DNA of 32,000 nt, from NCBI GenBank assembly GCA_016699205.1, contig CP064964.1, positions 510,001 through 542,000 of the forward strand, in the 5' to 3' direction. Source of the stretch: Candidatus Saccharimonadota bacterium. GTDB taxonomy: Bacteria; Patescibacteriota; Patescibacteriia; 2-12-FULL-60-25. The notes below the pieces were generated by a model. The model had not been told where the DNA came from, made no database searches, and was given only the letters and a program-made list of their open reading frames with translations. This document shows, in pieces, positions 7,798-15,646 of this stretch; position 1 is the first letter of the stretch; each line of letters starts with the position of its first letter. A program made the translations under genes and the position numbers.

Positions 7798-8036
7798 AAA
7801 CAAAAAAAGACCGGCATGAGGTATTCGGCTCAGTCAAATGGGGCCAAGGCCGTACCTGTAGCCCGCTACGCCAGAATGAACCGACGCTGCCGCTACAGAG
7901 GTGGTAAGCCGCCCGGGATCGTCGCCCTTTTGCCTCAGCAAATACGCAGACCGGATCCCACGAGTCGAACATTAGCCCGAATCCTCACACCAGCCTGTTT
8001 CAAATATTCCATGCTTCGCATCGGATGTAAAGCAGA

Positions 8037-8062
8037 AGCCCCCCGAAGTACTTCGGGGGGCT
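8037..8062 (-). terminator. Perfect 26-nt palindromic hairpin just downstream of the 8068-9450 gene
   Basis: agccccccgaagt/acttcggggggct. On the minus strand it is followed by tctgctttacatc, which is only moderately U-rich. Confidence 0.5.
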
Positions 8063-8067
8063 CGAGT

Positions 8068-9450
8068 TCAGAACTTGCCTTTGTTGTCGTGGGCGCGCAC
8101 GTGGGCGACGAATTGGTGCCAGATGTCGGCGTTGGTGCGCGGCAACGTCACGTCGTCGACGGTGACAAAGTCGGCGGGCCACGGGACGTCGGTCAACGCC
8201 TCCGGAAACAAGATGAAGAAGATGTCCCGGATGTACTGCAGGAGCTTGTAGCAGCCGTGATGCGCGTCATCGTGACGGCATCTGCTGTCGATGAAGTCGC
8301 GAATCGACATGAACTGCACTTCGACGACGCGGTCGGCGACGAGCGCGTTGTACTTCATCGCCTTGAAGCGCTTGCTTGATGAACCGTTGCGCTCATCGAG
8401 CTTGCGGCCTTCTCGGTGGCCGAGATTGGAGTCTTGATCGCAGACCGATCCGGGGCACGGCACGAGGACCTGACGCACGGCCGAGACCACCGCATCGACA
8501 TCGGCTTCCGAGTCGATGACAAAGGTCATGGCGACGCCGTCGCCGATGTTGGCGAGCTGCGGGAAGCGGATGTCCTTGATCAGGCCTTTCAGCACCGGAA
8601 AGCGCTTGGGGCGGATGAAGAACAGGGTCGGAATGTCTTCCCCGCGCAGCTTGTATCGATTGGTCTCGACGGTGAACTGCGTATCGGACGGAAGCGACGA
8701 CTCGCGCGGTGCGGCGTAGCGGTATTCCTTGCAGGCAAACGCATGCTCCGGATCGAGCGTTGCGACGATCTTCACCTTTTCCTTGGAACCGCGCTGGAAC
8801 AGGGTCTGCTCCAAGATGCGCTTGATCTGCACGGTCTCATCCTCGAGCGTCGCCTGCGCGTAACCGGCGCGACGATACTCAAAGAACGATTGCGCGAGGA
8901 CGAGTTTGGTCTGCGCGGAGCGCTTGACCCATGCCCAGTCCGACCATTCACGCCCCGGCGGCAAAGGCGCTCGCGCGATATCGAGAAGCTTGATCGGATT
9001 GTGCGTCGAGCGGACTTCTTCCGGACGACGCAGCATGTGATGCAGATCGCGATTCTGGCCATTCACCTCCAGCAGACGCGGAAGATACGACAGCAGGTAG
9101 TCGTACATTTCCTCGACGTCACGGCAGGAGTCGCGCCAGATCGCATAGTTGCGGTCAAAGTCTGCCGGTAGCCCACGGTACATCGGAACGGTCTTGCGAC
9201 CGCTTGCACGACGAAGGCTGCCGACAAAGTGATCGTGGAAGGTTTGGAGCAGGGTCTCCATCTTGATCTTGTCCGACCAGCCGAGGCGATCGGCCTTGGC
9301 AGAGACGGAGTCGAGCTTGGCGAACAGCATGCGCCAGCGGATGATCTCTCCATACATGACGGAGTGGCGGTCGGAAGCCATGGCACCGAGCTCGCTGCCA
9401 CGCAGGTGGATCAGGCTCGGAAACTTACGCGCAAGTCTCTCTCGAGACAT
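8068..9450 (-). CDS. RelA/SpoT-like nucleotidyltransferase domain protein (putative small-alarmone-synthetase/toxSAS-like C-terminal half, unknown N-terminal half)
   Basis: 460-aa ORF. By-eye alignment to the E. coli RelA synthetase core: IRPKRFPVLKGLIKD ~ GRPKHIYSIWRKM; IGDGVAMTFVIDSEADVDAVV ~ DVRAVRIV...DCYAAL; RFKAMKYNALV ~ GYQSIHTVV; VVEVQFMSIRDF ~ VEIQIRT; AHHGCYKL ~ AAHWKYK. The gene is much more GC-rich than its neighbours. Confidence 0.55.
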   Translation of the reverse strand: MSRERLARKFPSLIHLRGSELGAMASDRHSVMYGEIIRWRMLFAKLDSVSAKADRLGWSDKIKMETLLQTFHDHFVGSLRRASGRKTVPMYRGLPADFDRNYAIWRDSCRDVEEMYDYLLSYLPRLLEVNGQNRDLHHMLRRPEEVRSTHNPIKLLDIARAPLPPGREWSDWAWVKRSAQTKLVLAQSFFEYRRAGYAQATLEDETVQIKRILEQTLFQRGSKEKVKIVATLDPEHAFACKEYRYAAPRESSLPSDTQFTVETNRYKLRGEDIPTLFFIRPKRFPVLKGLIKDIRFPQLANIGDGVAMTFVIDSEADVDAVVSAVRQVLVPCPGSVCDQDSNLGHREGRKLDERNGSSSKRFKAMKYNALVADRVVEVQFMSIRDFIDSRCRHDDAHHGCYKLLQYIRDIFFILFPEALTDVPWPADFVTVDDVTLPRTNADIWHQFVAHVRAHDNKGKF

Positions 9451-9510
9451 CTTCCTATCCCTTTCATGGAAAGAACGAGCTTCGACATTTCCACAAAAGC
9501 CCGATTTTGG

Positions 9511-10773
9511 CTAGACCCGAATGCTTTGGACGATAAGGGCGACAGTCGCCAGCCCGAGTCCGATCACCGTCAAACCATTCCACATATTAGACCAAAGTCC
9601 GTTTTTCCAGACTCCCATGCGTTTTTTATCATTTGCGATCAGGAGAATTGCCATGAGCAATGGAGCTGCGATAGCTCCATTTAAGGCAGCAGAAGCAACC
9701 AGTAGATCAATTGGCGCAAAACCCATCAGGGCAAAAAGGAGACCGAGCAAGGTTGAGCACGCGATTACCGCGTAGAAGCCACGGGCACGGAACCAGGGCT
9801 TATCCAAGCCAAGTTTCCAACCAAAGCCTTCAGAAACAGCATAAGCGGTGGAACCAGCAAGAACCGGAACAGCGAGTAATCCAACGCCAATAATACCGAG
9901 GGCAAATACGAGCCCTGCTGCGTGACCAGCGACAGGAACCAAGAGGCGTGCAATATCAGCGGCGGAATGGATTTCACCGACTCCTCCGGCGTGGAGCATG
10001 CCGGCTGCCGTCAGCAAGATGAACCAGGCGACGATATTAGACAGCAGCATTCCGAGCGCCGTGTCGATACGCATGATACGGAGCTCGCCCACAAGCTTAC
10101 GATCGGTTCCATTTTTTTTATGCTGGTGACGTTTTTGACGCTCCTCTTCCCACTCTTGTCCGCCTTGCCAGAAAAAAAGATAAGGCGAGATGGTTGTACC
10201 AAGAATCGCGAGTAGTAAATAAATAAAATCGCGGCTCGGTACGAAGGTGGGAACAACGGTTGCGGTTGCGGCCATGTTCCAATCGATCGGCCAGACAAAG
10301 GCGACAGCGATGTAAGCGAGCAAAGCGAGTGTCAGCCACTTCAAATACTTTGCGTATGTTTTGTAGGAAAGAAAAATCTCGAGACACAGACCGATCAGCG
10401 TAAAAACAACCAGCAGTGATGTTGTCGGAACCGGAATAATGAGGCGAGCTGCTTCCGCCATCATCAACAAATCTGCGGCGATATTTACGACATTTGCAAT
10501 GAACAACAATAGGACTACCGGCACGACCAATGATTTGGAATACTCGCGAATATTGCTTCCTAGCCCCTTTCCCGTAACGAGTACGATGCGTGCACACATC
10601 TCCTGTACGGCAAACATCAATGGGAAACTGAATAACAGCGTCCAAAGAGGCGCATAACCAAAACGCGCGCCTGCTTGCGCATAGGTCGCGACCCCTGACG
10701 GGTCGTCATCTGCGGCGCCGGTTGTGACTCCGGGGCCGATTATTTTTCCAAAACGCTTCAAACGAGCGAACAT
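9511..10773 (-). CDS. NRAMP-family divalent metal cation transporter
   Basis: ORF 9511..10860 trimmed to MFARLKRFGKIIGPG (ATG 10771-10773). GPGVTTGAADDDPSGVATYAQAGARFGY is the Nramp-type N-terminal motif. The protein is polytopic and hydrophobic throughout. Confidence 0.8.
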   Translation of the reverse strand: MFARLKRFGKIIGPGVTTGAADDDPSGVATYAQAGARFGYAPLWTLLFSFPLMFAVQEMCARIVLVTGKGLGSNIREYSKSLVVPVVLLLFIANVVNIAADLLMMAEAARLIIPVPTTSLLVVFTLIGLCLEIFLSYKTYAKYLKWLTLALLAYIAVAFVWPIDWNMAATATVVPTFVPSRDFIYLLLAILGTTISPYLFFWQGGQEWEEERQKRHQHKKNGTDRKLVGELRIMRIDTALGMLLSNIVAWFILLTAAGMLHAGGVGEIHSAADIARLLVPVAGHAAGLVFALGIIGVGLLAVPVLAGSTAYAVSEGFGWKLGLDKPWFRARGFYAVIACSTLLGLLFALMGFAPIDLLVASAALNGAIAAPLLMAILLIANDKKRMGVWKNGLWSNMWNGLTVIGLGLATVALIVQSIRV

Positions 10774-10838
10774 GATTTCATTGTAGCAAAAACACCGACA
10801 GCTTGCGCTATCGGTGTTTGTTTGGACTGAATATTTAT

Positions 10839-11429
10839 TTACTCTGCTGGCAAGAACCACTTGGCATCGTACTGCACGCGATCGTTCACATGCTCGTACT
10901 TGTGCAACTCGACTTCCGAGAACCAGATCGGAATTTCGTTGTTGGCTTCCTGAACATTGCCAGAGGCGTGGATCAAGTTGCGGAGCGGACGGTTCTGCGC
11001 GTTGGAGAGCGCATAGGTGTCGTGCGAGAGATCTCCGCGGATTGTTCCGGCCGGAGAGGAGGCAGGCTCCGTTGCACCAACGAGTTTGCGGACCAAGGAA
11101 ACAGCCATCTCGCCTTCAAGCACCATGGCGACAATCGGCGAGGAGCGGAGGAAGTCGACTAGGCCAGCCTTGATCTCGCCGCCATAGGCTTTGTGATCGG
11201 CGTACGGGAAGACTTTTCCTTCTGCCTCGTACTTGGTTTTAGCCTTGGTAAAGACGGCCATCATCCATTCTTCCGTCAGAGCATAGTGCTTATCGACGTC
11301 TTCCTGCTCAGCGTGAACCATTTTCATGGCCACGATCTTAAGTCCAACCTGCTCAAAACGGCTAAGAATAGTGCCAATTAAGCCGCGCTGAACGCCATCC
11401 GGTTTGATCAATACAAGTGTTTGTTCCAT
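10839..11429 (-). CDS. ndk: Nucleoside-diphosphate kinase (long form with insertion)
   Basis: ORF trimmed to MEQTLVLIKPDGVQRGLIGTILSRFE. GTIRGD and NLIHASG (active-site His) are present. About 197 aa, versus about 140-150 for classical Ndk. Confidence 0.85.
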   Translation of the reverse strand: MEQTLVLIKPDGVQRGLIGTILSRFEQVGLKIVAMKMVHAEQEDVDKHYALTEEWMMAVFTKAKTKYEAEGKVFPYADHKAYGGEIKAGLVDFLRSSPIVAMVLEGEMAVSLVRKLVGATEPASSPAGTIRGDLSHDTYALSNAQNRPLRNLIHASGNVQEANNEIPIWFSEVELHKYEHVNDRVQYDAKWFLPAE

Positions 11430-11441
11430 ATGATGTGGCAG

Positions 11442-11494
11442 AGTATACACATATTTCTCCAAACCTTGCAAAATAATCGGCTTTTTGTTAGACT
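11442..11494. promoter_or_regulatory. Divergent sigma70-like promoter pair sharing one palindromic -35 hexamer TTGCAA
   Basis: Plus strand: TTGCAA (11466-11471), 17 nt, TAGACT (11489-11494), leading to rpmF-nusB-rnc. Minus strand: the same TTGCAA, 18 nt, TATACT (11442-11447). The ndk ATG lies only 12 nt past that -10, and no SD is visible. Confidence 0.4.
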
Positions 11495-11523
11495 TGAGGC
11501 AACTATTTACTGATTTATCTGAT

Positions 11524-11829
11524 ATGGGACTTCCTGGCCATCGCCGAACTAGCTCACACAAGCGCCGCCGCGCCTCACATTTTGCGTTAACTAAGCCTTC
11601 AATTACGACTGACAAGGCCGGTCGTACGCATCGCATGCACCGTGCCGCCCCTGGCGCCACGGAGTACAATGGTATTGCCATTCACGTAAAAGGCCGCGAG
11701 CGCAAGCTTGCCAAGGCCTTGGCCAAGACCAAGCCTCAGCACGATCACAAGCACGACGAGAAGGAGCACGATCACGAAACCAAGAAAGCCGCTCCTCCGA
11801 AGGCTAAGACACGTGCCAAGAAAGCGTAA
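11524..11829 (+). CDS. rpmF: 50S ribosomal protein bL32 with a long His/Lys-rich C-terminal extension
   Basis: ORF trimmed to MGLPGHRRTSSHKRRRASHFAL (bL32 N-terminal signature). No Cys zinc knuckle is present. The tail reads KPQHDHKHDEKEHDHETKKAAPPKAKTRAKKA. Confidence 0.75.
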   Translation: MGLPGHRRTSSHKRRRASHFALTKPSITTDKAGRTHRMHRAAPGATEYNGIAIHVKGRERKLAKALAKTKPQHDHKHDEKEHDHETKKAAPPKAKTRAKKA

Positions 11830-11865
11830 GACTTCCTCAAACCGATCGTTCGCACCTTTGCTCCT

Positions 11866-12375
11866 ATGTCCAATCGTCATCTTGCCCGAGCTCTCGCCAT
11901 GCAATCCTTGTATGAGTGGGATTTTTATGGCGGAGAACGAGATGCGCATAAGCTGATCGAGCGAAATATTGAGGAGTTTGTTAAAGAATTTGATGAGACG
12001 GAGTTTGCGACCAAGATTGTCGATGGCGTTATCAAGCATCAGGCTGATATCGATGCCACGATTACCAAGTTTGCCCCGGATTGGCCTTTAGCCAAGATTA
12101 CGACGGTTGACCGCAATGTCCTGCGTATCGGTGCATTTGAGCTCTTGTTCAATCACGATATCCCGAGCAAGGTGGCGATTAACGAGGCGATCGAGCTTGC
12201 TAAGACATTTGGCGGAGAATCGAGCGGAAAGTTTGTGAACGGTGTTCTCGGAGCCGTGTATCGCGATCAAGTCGCACAAGGCATTACCAAGGACTCGGAT
12301 AAACCAAAAGAGAAAAAAGATACGCCTGACAAGATCCAGGCTAAACATGAAGGCTCACAGATTAACAACATGTAA
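11866..12375 (+). CDS. nusB: Transcription antitermination factor NusB
   Basis: [17 protein letters not shown]..., [14 protein letters not shown]..., [25 protein letters not shown]. Confidence 0.85.
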   Translation: MSNRHLARALAMQSLYEWDFYGGERDAHKLIERNIEEFVKEFDETEFATKIVDGVIKHQADIDATITKFAPDWPLAKITTVDRNVLRIGAFELLFNHDIPSKVAINEAIELAKTFGGESSGKFVNGVLGAVYRDQVAQGITKDSDKPKEKKDTPDKIQAKHEGSQINNM

Positions 12376-12377
12376 TT

Positions 12378-13103
12378 ATGCCAACACTTCCGGACCTCGG
12401 CCCGCTGGAAGAACGACTGGGGCACGCCTTCCGTGACCGCTCGATCCTCCTGCAGGCACTCACGCATCGATCGTTCTTGAACGAGAACGCCGACCATCCT
12501 TACCCGCACAATGAGCGTCTCGAATTTTTGGGAGATGCTGTTCTTGAATTGATCGTTACCGAATATCTTTTTAAGAATTACGCCAATGATGAAGGCGATC
12601 TTACCAACTGGCGTGCAGCTCTCGTGAATGCGATTACGCTGGCTGGTATTGCCCGCAACCTTCAATTTGAAGAATTCATTTTGATGAGCAAGGGCGAGGC
12701 TAAAGACAAGAATTCAAAAGCCCGTTTGTATATTTTGGCGAATGCGATTGAAGCGATTATCGGTGCGATTTATCTTGATGGCGGAACGCAGGCTGCTGAG
12801 AAATTCATTACGTCGCATATTCTTTCCCATTTGAAAAAGATTTTGGAAGATGAGCTGTACGTTGATGCGAAGAGTAAGTTTCAAGAGACGGCACAGGAAC
12901 TTCTTGGAACGACACCGACATACAAAGTCCTTGAGGAGAGCGGTCCGGATCATGCAAAAGAATTTACGATCGGCGTATATCTTGGGAAGGAATTGGTGGC
13001 CGTAGGAAAAGGCACGAGCAAGCAGGAAGCGCAGGTATCGGCGGCGGATGCAGGGTTGGATGCTAAGGGATGGAGAACGACGCCGGCGAAGAAGGATAAA
13101 TAA
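12378..13103 (+). CDS. rnc: Ribonuclease III
   Basis: The NERLEFLGDAVLELIV signature plus a C-terminal dsRBD (YKVLEESGPDHAKEFTIGVYLGKELVAVGKGTSKQEAQ). Confidence 0.9.
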   Translation: MPTLPDLGPLEERLGHAFRDRSILLQALTHRSFLNENADHPYPHNERLEFLGDAVLELIVTEYLFKNYANDEGDLTNWRAALVNAITLAGIARNLQFEEFILMSKGEAKDKNSKARLYILANAIEAIIGAIYLDGGTQAAEKFITSHILSHLKKILEDELYVDAKSKFQETAQELLGTTPTYKVLEESGPDHAKEFTIGVYLGKELVAVGKGTSKQEAQVSAADAGLDAKGWRTTPAKKDK

Positions 13104-13108
13104 CGAAT

Positions 13109-13140
13109 CGAGCCACCCAGTTTGGGTGGCTCGTGCTTTT
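13109..13140 (+). terminator. Intrinsic terminator of the rpmF-nusB-rnc unit
   Basis: cgagccaccc-agttt-gggtggctcg followed by tgctttt. Confidence 0.75.
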
Positions 13141-13150
13141 GCCTATCGGT

Positions 13151-13489
13151 CTATGGCCGACGTGCGCCGAAGGCAACTTTGAGAGGCTCACTTGAGCCGT
13201 CGAGACGGGATCGCAGCAGATCCAGAAACTCGTTGTCGAGATGACCGTCGAGATGCTTCAGCAAGCCCGTCATCGCTTGCGTCATGCCAAACGGGCTAAG
13301 CGAGAGCCAAGACCCGACCGTTGCGGGGGAGCTCTCCATGAGAGAAAGCCCTTTTTCCAGGTCACCGCGACAATGACCCTCTTGAAGAACTTGGAAAAGA
13401 GCGCTCGGTACCTCGAGCGTCCCGTTCACGACTCGCGCACCAAAATCCGTGGCATCGAACTTGAGTGAAGGGTTCTCTACGTAGCGCAT
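13151..13489 (-). CDS. Hypothetical protein (112 aa), GC-rich orphan
   Basis: ORF 13151..13516 trimmed to MRYVENP. AGGAGG lies 6 nt upstream of that ATG (aggaggatgacaATG). No family recognised. Confidence 0.55.
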   Translation of the reverse strand: MRYVENPSLKFDATDFGARVVNGTLEVPSALFQVLQEGHCRGDLEKGLSLMESSPATVGSWLSLSPFGMTQAMTGLLKHLDGHLDNEFLDLLRSRLDGSSEPLKVAFGARRP

Positions 13490-13714
13490 TGTCATCCTCC
13501 TATGAAACTTTGTCATTATTATTTAATACTGTCTAGACAAATAGAAAGACCCCAAATGCCTATTTTTTAGACACGGGGTCTTGGGATGGCAGCGTCAGGA
13601 AGGACCGATCTACCCACTTGCTGTTGCCTACCGAGCCCAGCTCGGCCTCCAGGTGACGAGAGCCCTCATCCAGCAAGCCTGAATGGAATATAGCTTGAAT
13701 AAGAAAATAGTCAA
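13490..13714 (-). promoter_or_regulatory. Promoter plus structured 5' leader (three-way junction plus terminator-like hairpin); candidate riboswitch or sRNA
   Basis: Minus strand: TTGACT (13709-13714), 16 nt, TATATT (13687-13692). P1 is gcttgctg/cagcaagt (13671-78 / 13616-23). P2 is gatgag-ggct-ctcgtc (13655-70). P3 is gccgagc-tgg-gctcggt (13630-46). A long hairpin, aagacccc-g-tgtcta-aaaaa-taggca-ttt-ggggtctt (13546-13582), is followed by tctatttgt and then the SD/ATG. All four helices contain G.U pairs that become A.C on the plus strand. Confidence 0.45.
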
Positions 13715-13730
13715 TAGTCGGAACATAACG

Positions 13731-13760
13731 AAAAACAACTCGAGGTTGCGAGTTGTTTTT
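13731..13760. terminator. Bidirectional intrinsic terminator downstream of tRNA-Arg
   Basis: aaaaacaactcg-aggttg-cgagttgttttt, with an A-tract and a T-tract on either side. Confidence 0.7.
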
Positions 13761-13763
13761 CCA

Positions 13764-13838
13764 TGGTGTCCCGAGAGGGAATCGAACCCCCATCCCGTGG
13801 TTCGAAGCCACGTATTCTATCCGTTGAACTATCAGGAC
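13764..13838 (-). tRNA. tRNA-Arg (anticodon UCG), CCA encoded
   Basis: Reverse complement: gtcctga ta gttc aacggata gaat a cgtgg CT-TCG-AA ccacg ggat ggggg ttcgatt ccctc tcgggac a cca. Confidence 0.85.
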
Positions 13839-13931
13839 ATTTTTTAGGTAGCGACGTGAGATTAGCCTAGAAAGACATTTGCGACAAGCGTTAGGCTGGG
13901 CTAAGGTTTGGCTGCACCTTTAGGAGGATTC

Positions 13932-14558
13932 ATGCCCAAGTCGGAGCTGCCGATCGATATCCTGATAGAGAAGAAGTGCATCATGCAGGGGCACTTTGTG
14001 CTCAAGAGCGGAAAGCACTCCTCGGTGTACATCAACAAGATCCGGATGTACCCGGACTCGATCTTGCTCAGCACGCTGTGCATCGAACTCGCGACGCCAT
14101 TCATAAGCGATCCGGTCGACATCGTCGTCGGTCCGGCGCTCGGAGTGATTGCGCTTGCGCTTTGTACCGCCAAGTCGCTCTCAATCTGGCGCAATACCGT
14201 CGTGCCGTGGGCGTTTGCGGAGAAGGATGGCGAGAACTTCACGTTCCGAGATCCGTATCCCGAGTATCTCCACAACATGCAGGTCCTCGTCGTGGATGAC
14301 ATCCTGACGACGGGCGGCTCGATCAAGCGTACGATCGAGGCGGTACGACGCGCGGGAGGGATTCCTGTGGGCGTCGGGGCGATCTGCAATCGCGGACGCG
14401 TGACCGCAGAGACGCTAGGCGTCTCCAAGCTGCGCTCCCTCATCGAGATGTCCGTGGAGGACACTTGGGAGGCTGCCGATTGTCCGCTTTGCGCGAGCGG
14501 CGTACCGATCAGCATCGATGTTGGCCACGGCAAGCAGTTCTTGACTGACAAGAGCTGA
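13932..14558 (+). CDS. pyrE: Orotate phosphoribosyltransferase-like PRTase
   Basis: AGGAGG lies 4 nt upstream of the ATG at 13932 (MPKSELPIDIL). GHFVLKSGKHSSVYIN matches the OPRT N-terminal motif and VLVVDDILTTGGSIKRTIEAV the PRPP-binding motif. The gene is GC-rich relative to the background. Confidence 0.7.
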   Translation: MPKSELPIDILIEKKCIMQGHFVLKSGKHSSVYINKIRMYPDSILLSTLCIELATPFISDPVDIVVGPALGVIALALCTAKSLSIWRNTVVPWAFAEKDGENFTFRDPYPEYLHNMQVLVVDDILTTGGSIKRTIEAVRRAGGIPVGVGAICNRGRVTAETLGVSKLRSLIEMSVEDTWEAADCPLCASGVPISIDVGHGKQFLTDKS

Positions 14559-14590
14559 CCCCCCCCATTCCTGAATCAACCTCTCCTGCA

Positions 14591-14630
14591 GCCGCCCCCA
14601 ACGCACTCGCGCTGGGGGCGGCCTTCGTTT
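14591..14630 (+). terminator. Intrinsic terminator after the PRTase gene
   Basis: gccgccccca-(12 nt)-tgggggcggc followed by cttcgtttat. Confidence 0.6.
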
Positions 14631-14642
14631 ATACTCTTGTGC

Positions 14643-15644
14643 ATGTCAAAAGCTCCGATTGCGATTTTGGGTGCTGGGAATATGGCCTCGGCGCTGGCAC
14701 TGAACCTAGCTCGTCATAAACGACCCGTCAGGTTGTATTGCATCGAGGCGGATGTGGAAGCGGACATGCGGGCAAATCGATGTAATGCCAAATATTTGGC
14801 CGGTCATCGATTTCCAAAACATGTCACCGCATCCCCCGATATCGCCGAAGTGCTAAAAGGTGCCGAGGATATCTTTATTGCCGTTCCATCATTTGCCGTA
14901 GCCGAGGTTATGACACTTGCCAAACCGTTTCTCGGACGCAAGATTAAATCGATCGCCAGCATCACCAAGGGACTCGATGAAGTGACATTGAAACCGCTCG
15001 TGATGAGCGAGGCAAATATCCTTTCATCGGAATTACGGAACCGCGTCTGTACATTGGGCGGACCTGCTATTGCCAAAGAAATGGCCGCAGGCTCCCCCAC
15101 CGGATTTGTCATCGCCGGACGCGAGAAATCAGTACTTCAGCGCGTCAAAAAACTTTTAGAGACGCAGACGGTCAAATGCGCAACCTCGACGGACTTGATC
15201 GGCGTTGGTATGGCTTCTGCGCTCAAGAATCCCTATGCGATTGCACTCGGCTTTTGTGACGGTCTACAGTATCCGACCAATGCAAAAGCCATGATGCTCG
15301 CGATCGCAGTCGAAGAAATGGAACATGTTATTCTTAATGCCGGCGGGCATATTGATACAGCGGCCGGATTGGCGGGTTTGGGAGACTTGATCGTCACCGG
15401 CATGAGTCCGCATGGAAGGAATCGTACCTACGGCGAGCGCTTGGTCGGGGCCAAGAGCAAGGTACCGAGCGATTTAGGACTTGGGACCGTAGAAGGGATT
15501 GCAGCGACAGGTTTAGCGGTTAAACTTGCGCGAAGACTCAAGATCAAGACCCCTTTACTCGACACGATTGACCGCTGTCTGCGCAGCAAGCACCATTTTG
15601 AACAACCGTTTGTCCACTATCTGAAACATTTACAACTCCCCTAG
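14643..15644 (+). CDS. gpsA: NAD(P)H-dependent glycerol-3-phosphate dehydrogenase
   Basis: MSKAPIAILGAGNMASALA (Rossmann GxGxxA), GGPAIAKEMAAGSPTG, ALKNPYAIALGFCDGL. Confidence 0.8.
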   Translation: MSKAPIAILGAGNMASALALNLARHKRPVRLYCIEADVEADMRANRCNAKYLAGHRFPKHVTASPDIAEVLKGAEDIFIAVPSFAVAEVMTLAKPFLGRKIKSIASITKGLDEVTLKPLVMSEANILSSELRNRVCTLGGPAIAKEMAAGSPTGFVIAGREKSVLQRVKKLLETQTVKCATSTDLIGVGMASALKNPYAIALGFCDGLQYPTNAKAMMLAIAVEEMEHVILNAGGHIDTAAGLAGLGDLIVTGMSPHGRNRTYGERLVGAKSKVPSDLGLGTVEGIAATGLAVKLARRLKIKTPLLDTIDRCLRSKHHFEQPFVHYLKHLQLP

Positions 15645-15646
15645 CT

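Noticed and set aside
8416-9171. 251-aa plus-strand ORF, along with 7651..8379, 9229..9684 and other ORFs antisense to the RelA/SpoT-like gene.
   Set aside because: These are typical long antisense shadow ORFs of a GC-rich gene. The sequences are Arg/Gly/Asp-rich low-complexity with no motifs, and 7651..8379 runs straight through tRNA-Phe.
13587-13612. GGCAGCGUCAGGAAGGACC (plus strand), and CCUCCGGAAGCGCG at about 4915-4930, as possible SRP (4.5S) RNA domain IV.
   Set aside because: The order and pairing of the conserved elements (GGAA tetraloop closed by UCC/GGA, AGCAGC 3' strand) do not fit on either strand.
13640-13680. CUGGAUGAG...CUCGUC in the 13.6-kb leader as a hammerhead ribozyme core.
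   Set aside because: There is an extra G in the CUGAUGA box and no GAAA between helices II and III. The junction lengths do not match the hammerhead consensus.
13560-13811. 83-aa minus-strand ORF.
   Set aside because: It runs through tRNA-Arg and the structured leader. The region is better explained as RNA.
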